Below are positions 1 to 13,200 of a stretch of DNA of 64,000 nt, one piece after another. Every line of letters begins with the position of its first letter. Position 1 is the stretch's first letter. The stretch spans positions 40,424,001-40,488,000 of the forward strand of contig NC_043003.1 in the NCBI RefSeq assembly GCF_006345805.1, given 5' to 3'. The translations under genes and the position numbers were made by a program. This DNA is from Octopus sinensis. Taxonomy: Eukaryota. The notes below the pieces were generated by a model. The model had not been told where the DNA came from. It did not search any database and saw nothing but the letters and a program-made list of their open reading frames with translations.

Positions 1-286
1 CGATAGAGAGGGCTAAGGAAACGTGGCTGAAAGGTGAAAGGAACGGAAGAGGAGGAGAGGAGAAGGAAGGTGTGCAATAAGATTTGTGTTCATTATACCG
101 CCTTCCTGAATTTAGTTATGTGTATGCTTGTCTGTGAATGTGCATATGTGTTTTTGTGTGAAGACATAGTATGTGTGAATGCAAGTGCTTGTAGGGTGCA
201 TTTAGTCACTCTGAGCGTCATTTAAGACATCAATATGATAGATTCCTTAAAGATTCGCTTCAGCTGAGACGTAACATCAAATTTGG

Positions 287-388
<102 letters not shown>

Positions 389-472
389 GCCTGTGTGTCT
401 TTCTGATGTCCGCCTGTCTCTCTGTCACCTACCTACCTACAATGCAATCACTGCATTGCCATTGTCCAGCAT

Positions 473-523
<51 letters not shown>

Positions 524-804
524 CACCACTACCCCCTATGGCTACATCTTAAATCGACATCATCTCTCTGCACTTCAATACATTCACATAGTATCACCTC
601 TCACCACCTACAAACCTATCAAAACCACCATAACTACCACGATTCTCCACTAACATTTAACAACCGCCGCCGCCACCACCACCACCACCACTATAGCATG
701 CGTCATCACACTATTATATACCACAACCGCAATTTTTGGCATTCCACAACATAGTCGAAACACTGAAACCTGCATCCCTTAATATTGATTTAATATTGAT
801 TTCA

Positions 805-950
805 TATTTTGGCACAAGGCCAGCAATTTCAGGGGAGGAGTAAGTCGATTAGATTGACCCCAGTACACAACTGGTACTTATTTTATCAATGTCAAAAGGA
901 TGAAAGGCAAAGTTGACTCTGGTGGCATTTGAACCCGGAACACAAAGACG
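805..950 (-). mobile_element. SINE family B fragment
   Basis: Contains the reverse complement of the family core 'ttgcctttcatccttt...gataaaataagtaccagt', which recurs throughout the window. Confidence 0.8.
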
Positions 951-989
951 TGTGCTCATGAGATGTTAAAAAAAAATCTTGCACATGCA

Positions 990-1470
990 AGTGCTACCAG
1001 TCGAAAGCTGCGCATACCGGAAGCCAACAAGTGTATGGCGTCATCAGGGGAGAATGCGCGCCGTTTCGGAACCTGTCTCTCGACGGTATCATTGCGTACC
1101 GGCTCACTCCTCACTGTTATAAGGTCCCGCTTGCTAGATTACCTGGTTATCAAATAAAGCTCAATAGCCATCGCTCATCGACTCATTTTAACCAAATCCA
1201 GTGGCTAGCCTTTTCCATTGTGGTTTGGATATTGTTCATGGTGGTATTCACTTTACAATGAGTTAGGCCTAACGATAACAACGGTCGCCTCACACTGTGT
1301 CCAACAAATTCTCTACATCCGACTTCGATTGGAAAGTGCCCTGTTTTCCAGCCTGCGTCTTCACATTCCTCGAGCAGGTTTACATAACAGTCAATCTTAC
1401 GAGCCCGAGCGGCGTCCATGTTGTCTTCATGAGGAACCGTTAACACGACTAGATTCACCACTTTCACGCC
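990..1470 (-). mobile_element. 3' fragment of an RLE-type non-LTR retrotransposon (HERO/NeSL-like) with 3' UTR
   Basis: ORF 1183-1467 reads VLTVPHEDN..ARKIDCY..L..C..AGW....PIEVGCREF...SHWIWLK. This matches the ELTVPxE/KxxKY/GW/EVGxRGF/SxWxWxK pattern of restriction-like endonuclease domains. Confidence 0.8.
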
Positions 1471-1649
1471 ACATTATAATATCCTGCTAGCTCGCCAACC
1501 TAAACTGTTCTGTAATATTAATGTCTAAACTAAGTTGGCGAAGGTTGGTTTGATACCCTGAAAGAGTGCATGGTCTCAGAATTTTAGTGATTACAGACCT
1601 GCTGGATCAGAATTTCCCTGGCCAAACAACAACAATAACGGTTTCAAAT

Positions 1650-2222
1650 TTTACTACAAGAGCAGCAATTTTGGGTGAGGGGATTAAGTCGATTACATCG
1701 ACCCCAGTGCATAACTGGTACTTATTTAACCGACCACGAAAGGATGAAAGAAAAAGTCGACCTTGGCGGAATTCGAAATCAGAACGTATCGTCGGGCGAA
1801 ACACCTGTTTCTTTATTACCCCACGAGGGGCTAAATATAGAGGGGACAAACAAGGACAGACAAATGGATTAAGTCGATTACATCGACCCCAGTGCGTAAC
1901 TGGCACTTAATTTATCGACCTCGAATGGATGAAAGGCAAAGTCGACCTCGGCGGAATTTGAACTCAGAACGTAACGCAGACGAAATACCTATTTCTTTAC
2001 TATCCACAAAGGGCTAAACACAGAAGGGACAAACAAGGACAGACAAAGGAATTAAGTCGATTATATCGACCCCAGTGCGTAACTGGTACTTATTTAAAAG
2101 ACTCCGAAAGGATGAAAGGCAAAGTCGACCTCGGTGGAATTTGAACTCAGAACGTAGCGGCAGACGAAATACCGCTAAGTATTTTGCCCGGTGCTAACGG
2201 TTCTGTCAGCTCGTCGCCTTAA
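1650..2222 (-). mobile_element. SINE family B multimer (three reiterated ~185-bp units)
   Basis: The unit 'ggattaagtcgattacatcgaccccagtgc...gaaatacc' repeats at ~1681, ~1866 and ~2048. The head lies at ~2220 on the minus strand. Confidence 0.85.
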
Positions 2223-2264
2223 ACAACAACAATAATAAAAACATAAACAAAATAATTTTTTTCT

Positions 2265-2532
2265 TTGTTATTACTTGTTTTAGTCATTTGACTGAGGCCA
2301 TGCTGGAGCAATGCCTGGAAGTCGTTTTAGTCGAGTAAAGCGACTCCGATACTTACTTTTTTTTTATAAGCCTATTTACTTATTCTGTCGGTCTCTTTTG
2401 CCGTACTTCTTAATTACGAGGACATAAACACACCAACACCGGCTGTCAAGCGTGAAGGAGAACAAAGACGTCCCCCCCCCATGCTCACATACACATATAC
2501 ACACATGCGCGCGCGCAAACACACACACACAC

Positions 2533-2578
<46 letters not shown>

Positions 2579-2735
2579 CGGATGTCTTTCAGTTTTCGTC
2601 TACCAAATCCTCTCACAGAGCATGGTTGGTCCGATGCTACAGTAGAAGACTCTCGCCCAAGGTGCCACACAGTAGGAATGAACCCGGTACCCTGTGGTCA
2701 GGAAGAAAAACTTCTGACCATACACCCACGCTTAT
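2265..2735 (-). mobile_element. SINE family A with internal (CA)n
   Basis: Reverse-strand match to the family A head, central microsatellite and tail 'gctccagcatggcc...tcaaatgactgaaacaagta'. Confidence 0.85.
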
Positions 2736-3049
2736 GTTTTACGTGTTTCAGTACCGCGGCCATGCTGGGGTAACCACCTTGAAATGTTTACTCCAATAAA
2801 CCAACTTCTGTACGCTCTTTTTTTCTGTTTTCCTAATTCTTCGAAATTTTTCAACAAAGAGGGATCGATTTTAAAGAAATAAACTCCTATCATTGGAATT
2901 TATATATCAAAGACTATGAAGATTTACATGTTGAATATTAGAAGTCTTGCATAATTGCAGTTCCGCTTACAGATAACAATTGAAGAAATGAAGTTAAAGG
3001 ATCTCTGTCTTTTGCCCCAAATCCTCAAAATTTTAAAGATTGTTATTAT

Positions 3050-3580
<531 letters not shown>

Positions 3581-3635
3581 AAACATTAACATAACCACAT
3601 ACATCAATGATTATCGGAATAAATGTAAAACATGT

Positions 3636-3819
3636 AGGTGCAGGCGTAGCTGTGTGGTAAGAAATTTGCTTCTAAGCCACATGGTTCCGGGTTCAGTCCC
3701 ACTGCATCGCGCCTCGGGTAAGTTCCTTCTCTTATAGCATTTTCCTGACCAAGGCATTGTGAATAGATTTGGTAGACGGAAACTGAAATAAACCTGTCGT
3801 ATATGTATGTATGTACGTG

Positions 3820-3910
<91 letters not shown>

Positions 3911-4125
3911 TGTTTGTGCATTTGTGTCTGTGATTGCTCTCCACCATTGCTTGACAATCAGTGTTGGTGTGTTTACGTCACCATAACTTAGCAGTTTGGC
4001 AAAAGTGACCGATAGAATAAGTACAAGGCTTTACAAAAATAATAAGGCCTAGGGTCGATTCGTTCGACTAAAACAACTTCAAAGCAGTGCCTGAGCATGG
4101 CCGCACTAAAATGACTGAAAAAATT
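3636..4125 (+). mobile_element. SINE family A
   Basis: Second adjacent full-length copy with the same architecture. Confidence 0.9.
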
Positions 4126-4379
4126 AAAACATAAAAGATTAAAGGTAGAGAAACCGCAGCTTTTGAAGCAGTCAACCATAACAATTTTCTTTCCTCCTAC
4201 ATTTAGTGCAATGTTCATATCCTCTGCTGAACTCTTATCTACAACAGTTAACACTCTTGCCTTCACCGTCAATCAGCTTTATCGGGCCTATTGTCTTTAT
4301 AATTAATGGAATTTTTGATGTTTCACCAACATATATTATGCTGGAACCTATGAATATACCTAATATCGTATGTATATAT

Positions 4380-5375
4380 GATGTATGTACGTATGTATGT
4401 ATGTATGTATGTATGTATGTATGTATGTATGTATGTATGTATGTATGTGTGTATGTATGTATGTATATATGAATGTATGTATTTCATTGTTCAATTTTAT
4501 TTCAAGATCTCTTACCAATAGAGAAGGAGCCGGTTTCTAACCTAGATTCAAGGCTCCTTCATTGGAATTTCAATATCAACAACAGGGTATTTTTGTATGA
4601 CATTATTGAGTTTATTTCAAGATTTCTTGCCAATAGAGAAAGAACCGGTTTCTAACATAGATCCAAGGTTCCTTCATTGGAATATCAACATCAACAACAG
4701 GGTACATTTGTTTGTATGTTTGTATGTATGTATGTATGTATGTATGTATGTATGTATGTATGTATGTATGTACGTATGTATGTATGTATGTATGTGCAGA
4801 TTTGTATGTTTTATTTACGTATTCTCATGCATGTAGTTGCATATCTAGACATGTTCATATATATTTAAATGATAAGCTTCAGGAAAGTTTTACAGATTTT
4901 TACAGTTCCAGTCATGGAATTAGCTTTCTCCTTTCTGGTTTTGAGAAACCTAATTTCTGATGATTGGTATTTAGGTAGTGTGTTACACATCCCAGAACCC
5001 CAATAATTACAGGTGTAAACCTGAACTTGTAATCTGGACAGAGTAACTGTAGGACTTGTAATCTGGACAGAGTAACTGTATGTATGTATGTATGTATGAT
5101 GCATGCATGTATGTATGTATTATGTATGTATCCGAGCAGATTTGTATGTTTTACTTTATGTATGTATTCTTATTCATATAGTTGCATATCTGGACATGCT
5201 CATATATATTTAAATGATAAACTTCTGGTAAGTTTTACAGATTTTTACAGTTCCAATGATAGATTGGGTCTGTAGTCTTCGAATTAGCTTTCTCCTTTCT
5301 GGTTTTGAGAAGCCCAATTTCTCAAGATCGGTATGTATGTATGCATGTATGTATGTATGTATGTATGTATGTATG

Positions 5376-5407
<32 letters not shown>

Positions 5408-5410
5408 TGT
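4380..5410 (+). repeat. (TATG)n array interleaved with duplicated ~100-bp and ~165-bp modules (E,E,F,F)
   Basis: Module E ('tttcaagat..ccaatagaga..ccggtttctaac') lies at ~4490 and ~4610. Module F ('gcagatttgtatgtttt...ttttacagatttttacagttcca') lies at ~4795 and ~5135. Both recur inverted at 47390-47650. Confidence 0.8.
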
Positions 5411-5799
5411 ACACATATTCGCAGTCTCCTTCCTATCATACAGAGGATTTTGGGGGATTATTTAGACTCTTCGCAAATTTCAAGCCAGTTGTGAAGTGCA
5501 TGTACTGCTGATATTTAAGACAAGATAAAAAAGCATCGATATTGCTCAAAATCAAGTTGTCGCCATGATCTATGTATATGCGTATGCAATCATATATGTG
5601 TGTGTATATACCTATGAATGTGTACGTAATCATGTAAGCAAATACCTATGTATGTGCGGATGCTTGTATTTTACAGCATGTATAAATCTGTATTTAACGT
5701 ATATATGCTCATATATACACACCTTCGTATTTTCTACTCGTGTGTTTATGTATTTATTACATGCTTCAGGGATGTTCTACATATACTCTCAGTTACATT

Positions 5800-5970
5800 A
5801 ATGTCTTCTAACAGTTGTTCCCTAATTAGCCGAGTGTTTACTGATTTTGCAAAGCAGTTTTGTTGATTGGGGCTAAGACTGTTCGTAACATATCCAATAA
5901 TCATAAGAAATCTAAAGCTAAAGTCAGGGCTATGCTATCTATAGATTTCTCATTACCTGGGAATAGTCAT
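5800..5970 (+). mobile_element. possible decayed L1-like reverse transcriptase fragment
   Basis: Manual translation gives VRNISNNHKKSKAKVRAMLSIDF followed by YLGI, resembling L1 RT motifs. Very degraded. Confidence 0.3.
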
Positions 5971-6637
5971 TTTTTCATTAATCTTTAACATTGTTAATTA
6001 ACATCTGCCGTGTAATCTTATTCATCCTACTCTGCATACATTCATTACATTTCCAAGATCATTACGTCTGGTCTGTTATATTTAAAAATTTTACTGAGGC
6101 TCTCACAGAAAATTTCCGGTAGTATTTTTTGATATTATAAATGTGCATACAGTCCACATAACTAAACATTTAATATTTTTACCTTCAAAACTATCCATTC
6201 TAGGATAACATTTTGGCACAGCTACTTATGTGGACAGCATATTTAGTGTCGAATCCACTGGTACTGCATCAGTTGTCACATCTAAATATTTAACCTGCAA
6301 TTCTATCTCTTTTATGCATCAGATTTTCCGTTGTTAGTTCCTGTTACTTTATTTCAATGACTATATCCTTCACAGCGAGAGCTACTACACCAACTGCTGG
6401 ATCAAGAAATGTACATACGTACGTATGTATGTATGCATGCATGCATGTATCTATGTTTGTAACTATGCTCTAGTTTATTTTTCAATTTTCTCACCCATAG
6501 AGAAAGAGTCGGTTTCTTACATAGAAATAAGATACTTTAATTGGAATTTAGCCATCTTCTACATAGCTATTGGTTCATGTATGTATGTATGTATGTATGT
6601 ATGTATGTATGTATGTATGTATGTATATGTTGTATGT

Positions 6638-6737
6638 NNNNNNNNNNNNNNNNNNNNNNNNNNNNNNNNNNNNNNNNNNNNNNNNNNNNNNNNNNNNNNN
6701 NNNNNNNNNNNNNNNNNNNNNNNNNNNNNNNNNNNNN
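6638..6737. other. assembly gap (100 N)
   Basis: Run of N. Confidence 1.
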
Positions 6738-6816
6738 GGTTTTTTCTGTGTATGTGTAGGTACAGATACACACTTTAAATCTAACATCACGTGGGTATTG
6801 GTATCACATACGCATA

Positions 6817-6886
<70 letters not shown>

Positions 6887-6910
6887 CATGAGTATATATG
6901 CACAAACACA

Positions 6911-6950
<40 letters not shown>

Positions 6951-7019
6951 TAATATAAATAGATGTAGATATATATGTGTATGTATATATGCATATATGA
7001 TAGATAGATAGATAGATAG

Positions 7020-7057
<38 letters not shown>

Positions 7058-7619
7058 ACAGACAAAAGACGTTCGAATTGCACATATACGCTCACAAATA
7101 TCCTCGTATATATTCACCATTACATACATATATACATACACCCACACAACACATTCATACATACATACATACATACATTCATACGTATATATTTATCCAT
7201 ACACATATATTCATATTTACATACATACATACATACACACATACATACAATACATACATATACACATTCATACATATATATATTCTTGCATGCATGCATT
7301 CATCCATCTACACATACATGCATGCACAATGTAGTGTTGTCGGAAGACATCAATGTTACTCGGAGTTTCACACACATTCACACGTAAGATAGATGTGTGA
7401 ATCTTCAAAATTTTCTTAGAGAATATACCTTCTAAACTTACTGGTTTTCGATGAAATCCAAACTACTTCAGATTCACTGATTATTTTACTTAAAATAATA
7501 ATTTCAACCGTTTGTACACACACACACACACACACACACACGCTACCGCGCGCGCGTGGTATGTGTGTGTGTGTGTGTGTGTATTATATAGTAAGCTCGG
7601 ATACAGTTATTCGCCACCT

Positions 7620-7755
7620 GATTTGACGAAGGACGCATTTGAATAATCACCAGAAGAAGCGCATTATACATCTTGGATGCAAGATGAATTATGATTGCAC
7701 AATATCTCACCTATGTACTACAAGTGTAGCAATGCGTCGAAATAATTGTAGTAAA
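7620..7755 (+). ncRNA. degenerate hammerhead-like module with long stem II
   Basis: TTGACGA (7623-7629; C>T versus CUGANGA), gacgcatt/aatgcgtc pairing (7632-7639/7731-7738), then GAAA-taatt-GTA. Confidence 0.45.
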
Positions 7756-7787
7756 TTTAGATAATGTCGTTAATTCCATTTTCTTTC

Positions 7788-7957
<170 letters not shown>

Positions 7958-8424
7958 CAAGAATGTATCAGCACAATTGTTAACTTGTTTCATAATATTC
8001 GGAATAGTGAATGAGATTGGACGACTATAGGTATACGAAAATAAATGAAAAAAAAATGATCGTATGGTTAAGGCAAACAGAAATCAGTACGAAGTAACCG
8101 AGAGAATTAAACCGATCTAGTTCAAACTGGGGCCGATTGTACAAAATGTAATGCTATGAAGAATTAATGGTACATAGTTGGATGTTAGCCATGAACAAAG
8201 AAAGAATAAAACAGGTAGAAATGACTGGTACCAGATCCAAAATCAGAAAGAATGAAGCATGTCTGGTATAATTAGAATCATGAGAAGACAGAGAAGAATT
8301 GTGGGAAGGTTTGAATTGAACAGGGAACTGGGAGAGAGAGAGGGGGGAGATAAAGAGAAGGGGAAGAGAGAGAGATAGAGGGAAGGAGATAGAAGATGAA
8401 AGATGTGGAGAAAGTGGTTCTCTG

Positions 8425-8670
8425 TCTAATCTCGAGTTATGCCGACTCATAAGGGTCGGTTTCACTGGTCTTCATAGCGTATATATTTCCCACCTGGACG
8501 AGAGGCAGGGCTCGTCGCAAGATTACTCACTTTTACCAGCTGAGTGGACTTGAGCAACGTGAAATGAGGTATTTTGCTCAAGAACACAACGCGTTGTCAG
8601 GTCCAGGAATCGAAACAACAATCTTATGATCGTTAGTCCAACACACTAACAACCAAGGCACGCGCCTCCA
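8425..8670 (-). mobile_element. tRNA-derived SINE family D
   Basis: Minus-strand head 'ggaggcgcgtgccttggttgttagtgtgttggac...gtttcgattcc' with A/B-box-like motifs. Related to copies at 14815-15070, 39352-39600 and 63045-63150. Confidence 0.75.
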
Positions 8671-9499
8671 AATGGAGAAGGTAGTTGCTAAAAGATGAAT
8701 ATATTAAAGTGGAGACCCGTTTTCCTTGGTCTTCCGATATAAACTAAAATAATTAATCACGAGAAACAAGCAAAACGCAGAATAAGATACAAAGACGGAA
8801 AGATACCTTTGAATTAACCGTTGGCTGAAAGTTGAAGCATCATCGATACATTATCAACAGAATTGCTTGTTGCAGTTTTCGACGTTGCCAGGTTGATTAA
8901 TACCTATAATAAACCAAACTACCTGAATTCACAGTATTTTGGAGGAATTGCCTTAAGAAGATGCTGACAATCTTCATTTCGCTCGGAAGTATTTCATCTA
9001 GACATTTCAGGTGGTATTTTAATTTGAACTTCATTAAAATGCGTAAAAAGTATTGCAAATATTGAACTCAAAATTAAACTTTACTCCTAAATATTTTGTC
9101 ATTTCTTTTGTCAAAGTTTTTATTTAAAACCGCAGTATTAATTTACCTGATTGTTCTAACTGAATTATTTTGCGAATAAGTCACTTTTTATAGTGTCTGA
9201 TGCAGTGATTGGGGACTTAAGATATTCCATATTTTTTTCTGTCAGAACCTAAAATGTACAAATTCCTGCTGTTACAAATTCTGGAAATAAATAAATAAAG
9301 CAACATGCAGCTGACAATGGGAATATATAATTCCAAATTCTAGAAAAAATGTGATTCCAGAAATTCTGAAACCCCTGTTTCGTTGATGTTCATTACAAAT
9401 GAAGGGCATATCTGAATCAGAAGTCGTTTAAATTCGAAACTCGTATCTGTGGCCAAAAATTGAAACCGTTATTTTACTCGTTTCGATCAATGGACTACG

Positions 9500-9870
9500 A
9501 CAATCCTGTTGCACCATCCTGAAGAATTTAGCTGGACAATTCGCCTCCAATACTTAATTTTAAGTGTGGTACTTATTTATCAACACTTTTGCCAAGCCTC
9601 AAAGTCACGGGGATCTAAGCAAACCAACATTGGTTACCAAATGTTAGCGAAGAGGGGCAAAAAAGCGCAAATATGTACACACAAACGCACGCACTTACAC
9701 ATGCACGCACACACACATGCACGCACACAAATACACACAGATGCACCCACACACATTGGGCTTCCAAAAAGCTTTTTGTCAATCAAATTCACTCTCAAGG
9801 CAATTTTCACTTGTCAGTTGTAGAAGTCATTTGTCCAAAGTGTCGTGCAGTGAGTCTAAACCACAATCTA
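9500..9870 (-). mobile_element. degenerate SINE family A
   Basis: Eroded tail and head motifs around a CA-rich centre. Confidence 0.55.
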
Positions 9871-9971
9871 CGTAATTGCGTACTGCATCATGTTTGTTAC
9901 TTCTCCAAAGAGATGAACAGATGAACCTTTGAGTCATACATTACCTTTGAGTTATGCATTGAGTCATATTA

Positions 9972-10720
9972 CCTTCATCTCTAGGCGCATCTTCTCCCTC
10001 TTGTACTGCTTCAAGAAGTTGATGTGCTCTTCTCTTAAGAAAGAATGCTTTATCCTTAGCACACAATTATTTCCGTATTTTGGGGAAAATTAGAAGAGAG
10101 TTTGTTGTAGCCATTATTGCTGTAATTGTCAATGTTGACTATCACCGCGACCACGACCAACATTACTATTACTACTACTATTACTACCAAATGAAGATCA
10201 ATTTGAAACTGCATGTGGCGCTGCTTCAAGTGTCTGTAATGTTGTAGCAGCCGCACTGCTACTTTGACGTTTCACAGGAATATACGTTACATACGTATTT
10301 TGATTTACAGTTTCTAGTTTAGATTTTAAATCAGTTACAAGCTCTTGGGAATCTGCAGTTTCTAGCTCTAATTTTTCTAAGACATCCTGTTTTTCTCCTG
10401 TAAGTTCTTTAAATCACAATATCACCAGCAATGTGGCCCAACAGCTGATCAAATTCTACGACTGTTTCTTTCCATTTTTCATGCTTATTTGCAAGAGCTT
10501 TGGTTAATTTGGTTGCTCGTTTCAATCTGACAGCTGTGTGGGTGATCTTACATTCAAGTATTATTGCTGTAATTGAGATTTTTTTGCTTCTGTTGCTGTT
10601 TCCGTTCTTTTCTGTTCTTGTTGAGTCCATTCTAGTTCTTGTTGTGGTTGCTGCGTGTTTTGCTTCGTTATATTTATTGAAAGACATGATGCTTTAATGA
10701 GAAAACATAAAACCCTTAGA
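9972..10720 (-). pseudogene. decayed dynein heavy chain-like fragment (stalk coiled-coil plus post-AAA5 region; axonemal DNAH6-like)
   Basis: 10412-10558 reads LECKITHTAVRLKRATKLTKALANKHEKWKETVVEFDQLLGHIAGDIVI, matching the RLxRAxKLxxAL...W...GDV stalk-return motif. Downstream frames give YIPV (YRPV), FQIDL (YQYSL) and L..KDK..F (LFEKDK..F) in the expected order. Stops and frameshifts are present. Comparison made from memory of the family. Confidence 0.6.
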
Positions 10721-11029
10721 GGGTTAGTATTACCACAAGTGGAACACTCTGGTTTTCTTCTTTATATTACAACAATCCTATTTCAAACCTTGCGGAATGA
10801 AAGTGGTCTTGAGTTTTTACAAGACTTTTCAGAAGTGATCACCACCTGAATCTACAGCCAACTTCACAGGTATTTTTCATAGGAAGGAGATTGATATTGA
10901 ATTACCTCTGTGAGTTTCTCTAAATATTGTCACAGAATAATTTACTCCGATAGATATGACCTAGTGGATAACTTTTCCCCTATTTCTGACTTCCATTGAC
11001 CCACACTAATGATAAGAAATATCATGATC

Positions 11030-11399
11030 ATGATTATGCTCATGATGATGATGATGTTGATGATAATGATGATGATCATCATCTTCTTCTTCTTCTTCTT
11101 CTTCTTCTTCTTCTTCTTCTTCTTCTTCTTCTTCTTCTTCTTCTTCTTCTTCTTCTTCTTCTTCTTCTTCACATTTTATAATTATTATTAGTTTTGCTTC
11201 CATTAGACTTAGTTATATGGTAGTGTGTATATTTTAATTACTATTATTTATATCTAGGCTTCTTCATCATCATCATCAACATCACCATCATCATCGCACC
11301 CCCCACCGACATCATAGCCTCAATCGGAGTCGGGACCGTCATAATCAGTATCATAATAATCACCATCTGTATTATCACCAGCATTTTATCATTTCTTCG

Positions 11400-11447
<48 letters not shown>

Positions 11448-11491
11448 TACTATTATTATTATTATTATTATTATTATCATCATCATCATCA

Positions 11492-11545
<54 letters not shown>
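11030..11545. repeat. compound trinucleotide microsatellites (GAT/CTT/CAT/TAT)
   Basis: Direct runs. Confidence 0.95.
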
Positions 11546-11738
11546 GCAGTGCTTGGAGCAGCAACAGCAAAAGCAACAATGGCGGCAGAGATGAAATTAT
11601 GCAAGAAATGAAAAATGTTTTGTGCAGGGAAATTGCAGGTAAAATACGCTCTGGGTGTAATAAAGTGCAGCGGAATGCAAAGAGCGATAAGAACGTTGTA
11701 TATGAAATTGTATTGACAGAGATATGAACGTGCATGTA

Positions 11739-11814
<76 letters not shown>

Positions 11815-12196
11815 GTGTGTGTGGTGTGTGTGTGAAATTGCACTGGAAAACGCTTCGAAACTATACAGTGAGTTCATAAATTACCTTTAATATTTAACAA
11901 ACAACAAAACAAAAATCAAAGTACCCGTGATTAATAAAAATATTTCAAAAATATAGAGAGAATTTCCATCTATCAAGTCCTCGTCACTTGTACAAATGAT
12001 TAAGGGGAGATAAAAGAAAGTGTAGAAAAATGGACGGACAGCGGTAGCCTCGATGACTCTTTGGAGTGTTGGCATTTTCAACTTGATCTTTTTCTTAAAG
12101 GGAGAAATGGCTATTCTATTTGTAATCTTTATCCTCTTAATCAAATGGCAGGAAAACAAACTTTGAGTTTTAGTATAATATAGATAGATACATATA

Positions 12197-12358
12197 TGTA
12201 CGACAGGCTTCTTTCAGTTTCCGTCTATCAAATTCACTCACTATGCTTTAGTCGGCCCGAGACTACAGTAGAAAGCATTTGCCCAAGGTTCCACACATGG
12301 GACGGAATCCGGAACCATGTGGTTGGGAATCAAACCTCTTACCACACAGCCACGCCTG
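12197..12358 (-). mobile_element. SINE family A, 5' half
   Basis: Reverse complement of the family A head. Confidence 0.8.
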
Positions 12359-12397
<39 letters not shown>

Positions 12398-12403
<6 letters not shown>

Positions 12404-12482
12404 TTTATAGAAGGAGCTTCCTGATGATTTCATTTGAATGAAACAGTTCTAGTCCTGTAGAAGCTCCTTCTATAAAATAAAT
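12398..12482 (+). ncRNA. type I hammerhead ribozyme motif
   Basis: Perfect 23-bp stem I (12398-12420 / 12460-12482), CTGATGA 12421-12427, short stem II, GAAA 12440-12443, stem III acag/ctgt, and cleavage triplet GTA 12457-12459. Confidence 0.8.
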
Positions 12483-12779
12483 TAATTTACTCTGCTATGT
12501 ATTGAGTACCTTATTTACTGTGGTTAACACCGACTCAACCCGGGACCTATATATATATATATATATATATATAACATGAGTATACAGGGATAAATTATCC
12601 AGGTGGGTACCGTAATAACTCTCATCTATATTCCAGGTTTCAGCTAACTGCATGAAGTTGTAATAAAAAAAACATAATGATTGCTTAGTAAGCTTAGATA
12701 AACTTAGATATGTTTCGACGAAAGATTGGTCCAGGCCATATCTAACTTAATAGCACCACCTGATAGGATTATCTAAATC

Positions 12780-13200
12780 CTGTTTAAGTTTTGTTTATGG
12801 TTCATTCAAGTACTGAGTTCTTATTGAGTGAGTTGTATCCAGGTATGGGTGGCTTATCCGGTATTCCTTGAAGAAATCTGTCCAGACTCCGTTTAAAGGT
12901 GATGGGATCCTTTTCCTCTTTGATCTCTTACGGGTCACTGTTAAACAGGCAGAGCCTGTGGAGGAAAAGAAATTGTGTCGCAGTGTACTTATATGTTGTG
13001 ATCCTGAATTGGGCAGGGGTCCCAGCCTTGGATGAACTTTGAAACTAATGTTCAGGTCGTTTGGGCAAAGTTGGCGGTATATTCTCCACATCGTACAAAT
13101 GATGTACCACTCGCGGAGGCGCTGGAGAGAGTAGAGTTTCAAGGCTTTAAGGCGGTCCCAATAATCGATATCAGTCATGCCTTCAATTAGTGCGTGCCAT
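12780..13200 (-). mobile_element. CR1/L2-group LINE 3' fragment
   Basis: Translation YWDRLKALKLYSLQRLREWYIICTMWRI matches the YxxRLxxLxLxSLxxRRxR C-terminal motif. Confidence 0.8.

Noticed and set aside
1035-1075. Minus-strand GAAAC...CTGATGA suggesting a permuted hammerhead
   Set aside because: I could not form stem III with an NUH triplet or a stem II.
1650-2222. Regularly spaced repeats resembling a CRISPR array
   Set aside because: The intervening sequences are also repeated, the units are SINE bodies, no cas genes are present and the context is eukaryotic.
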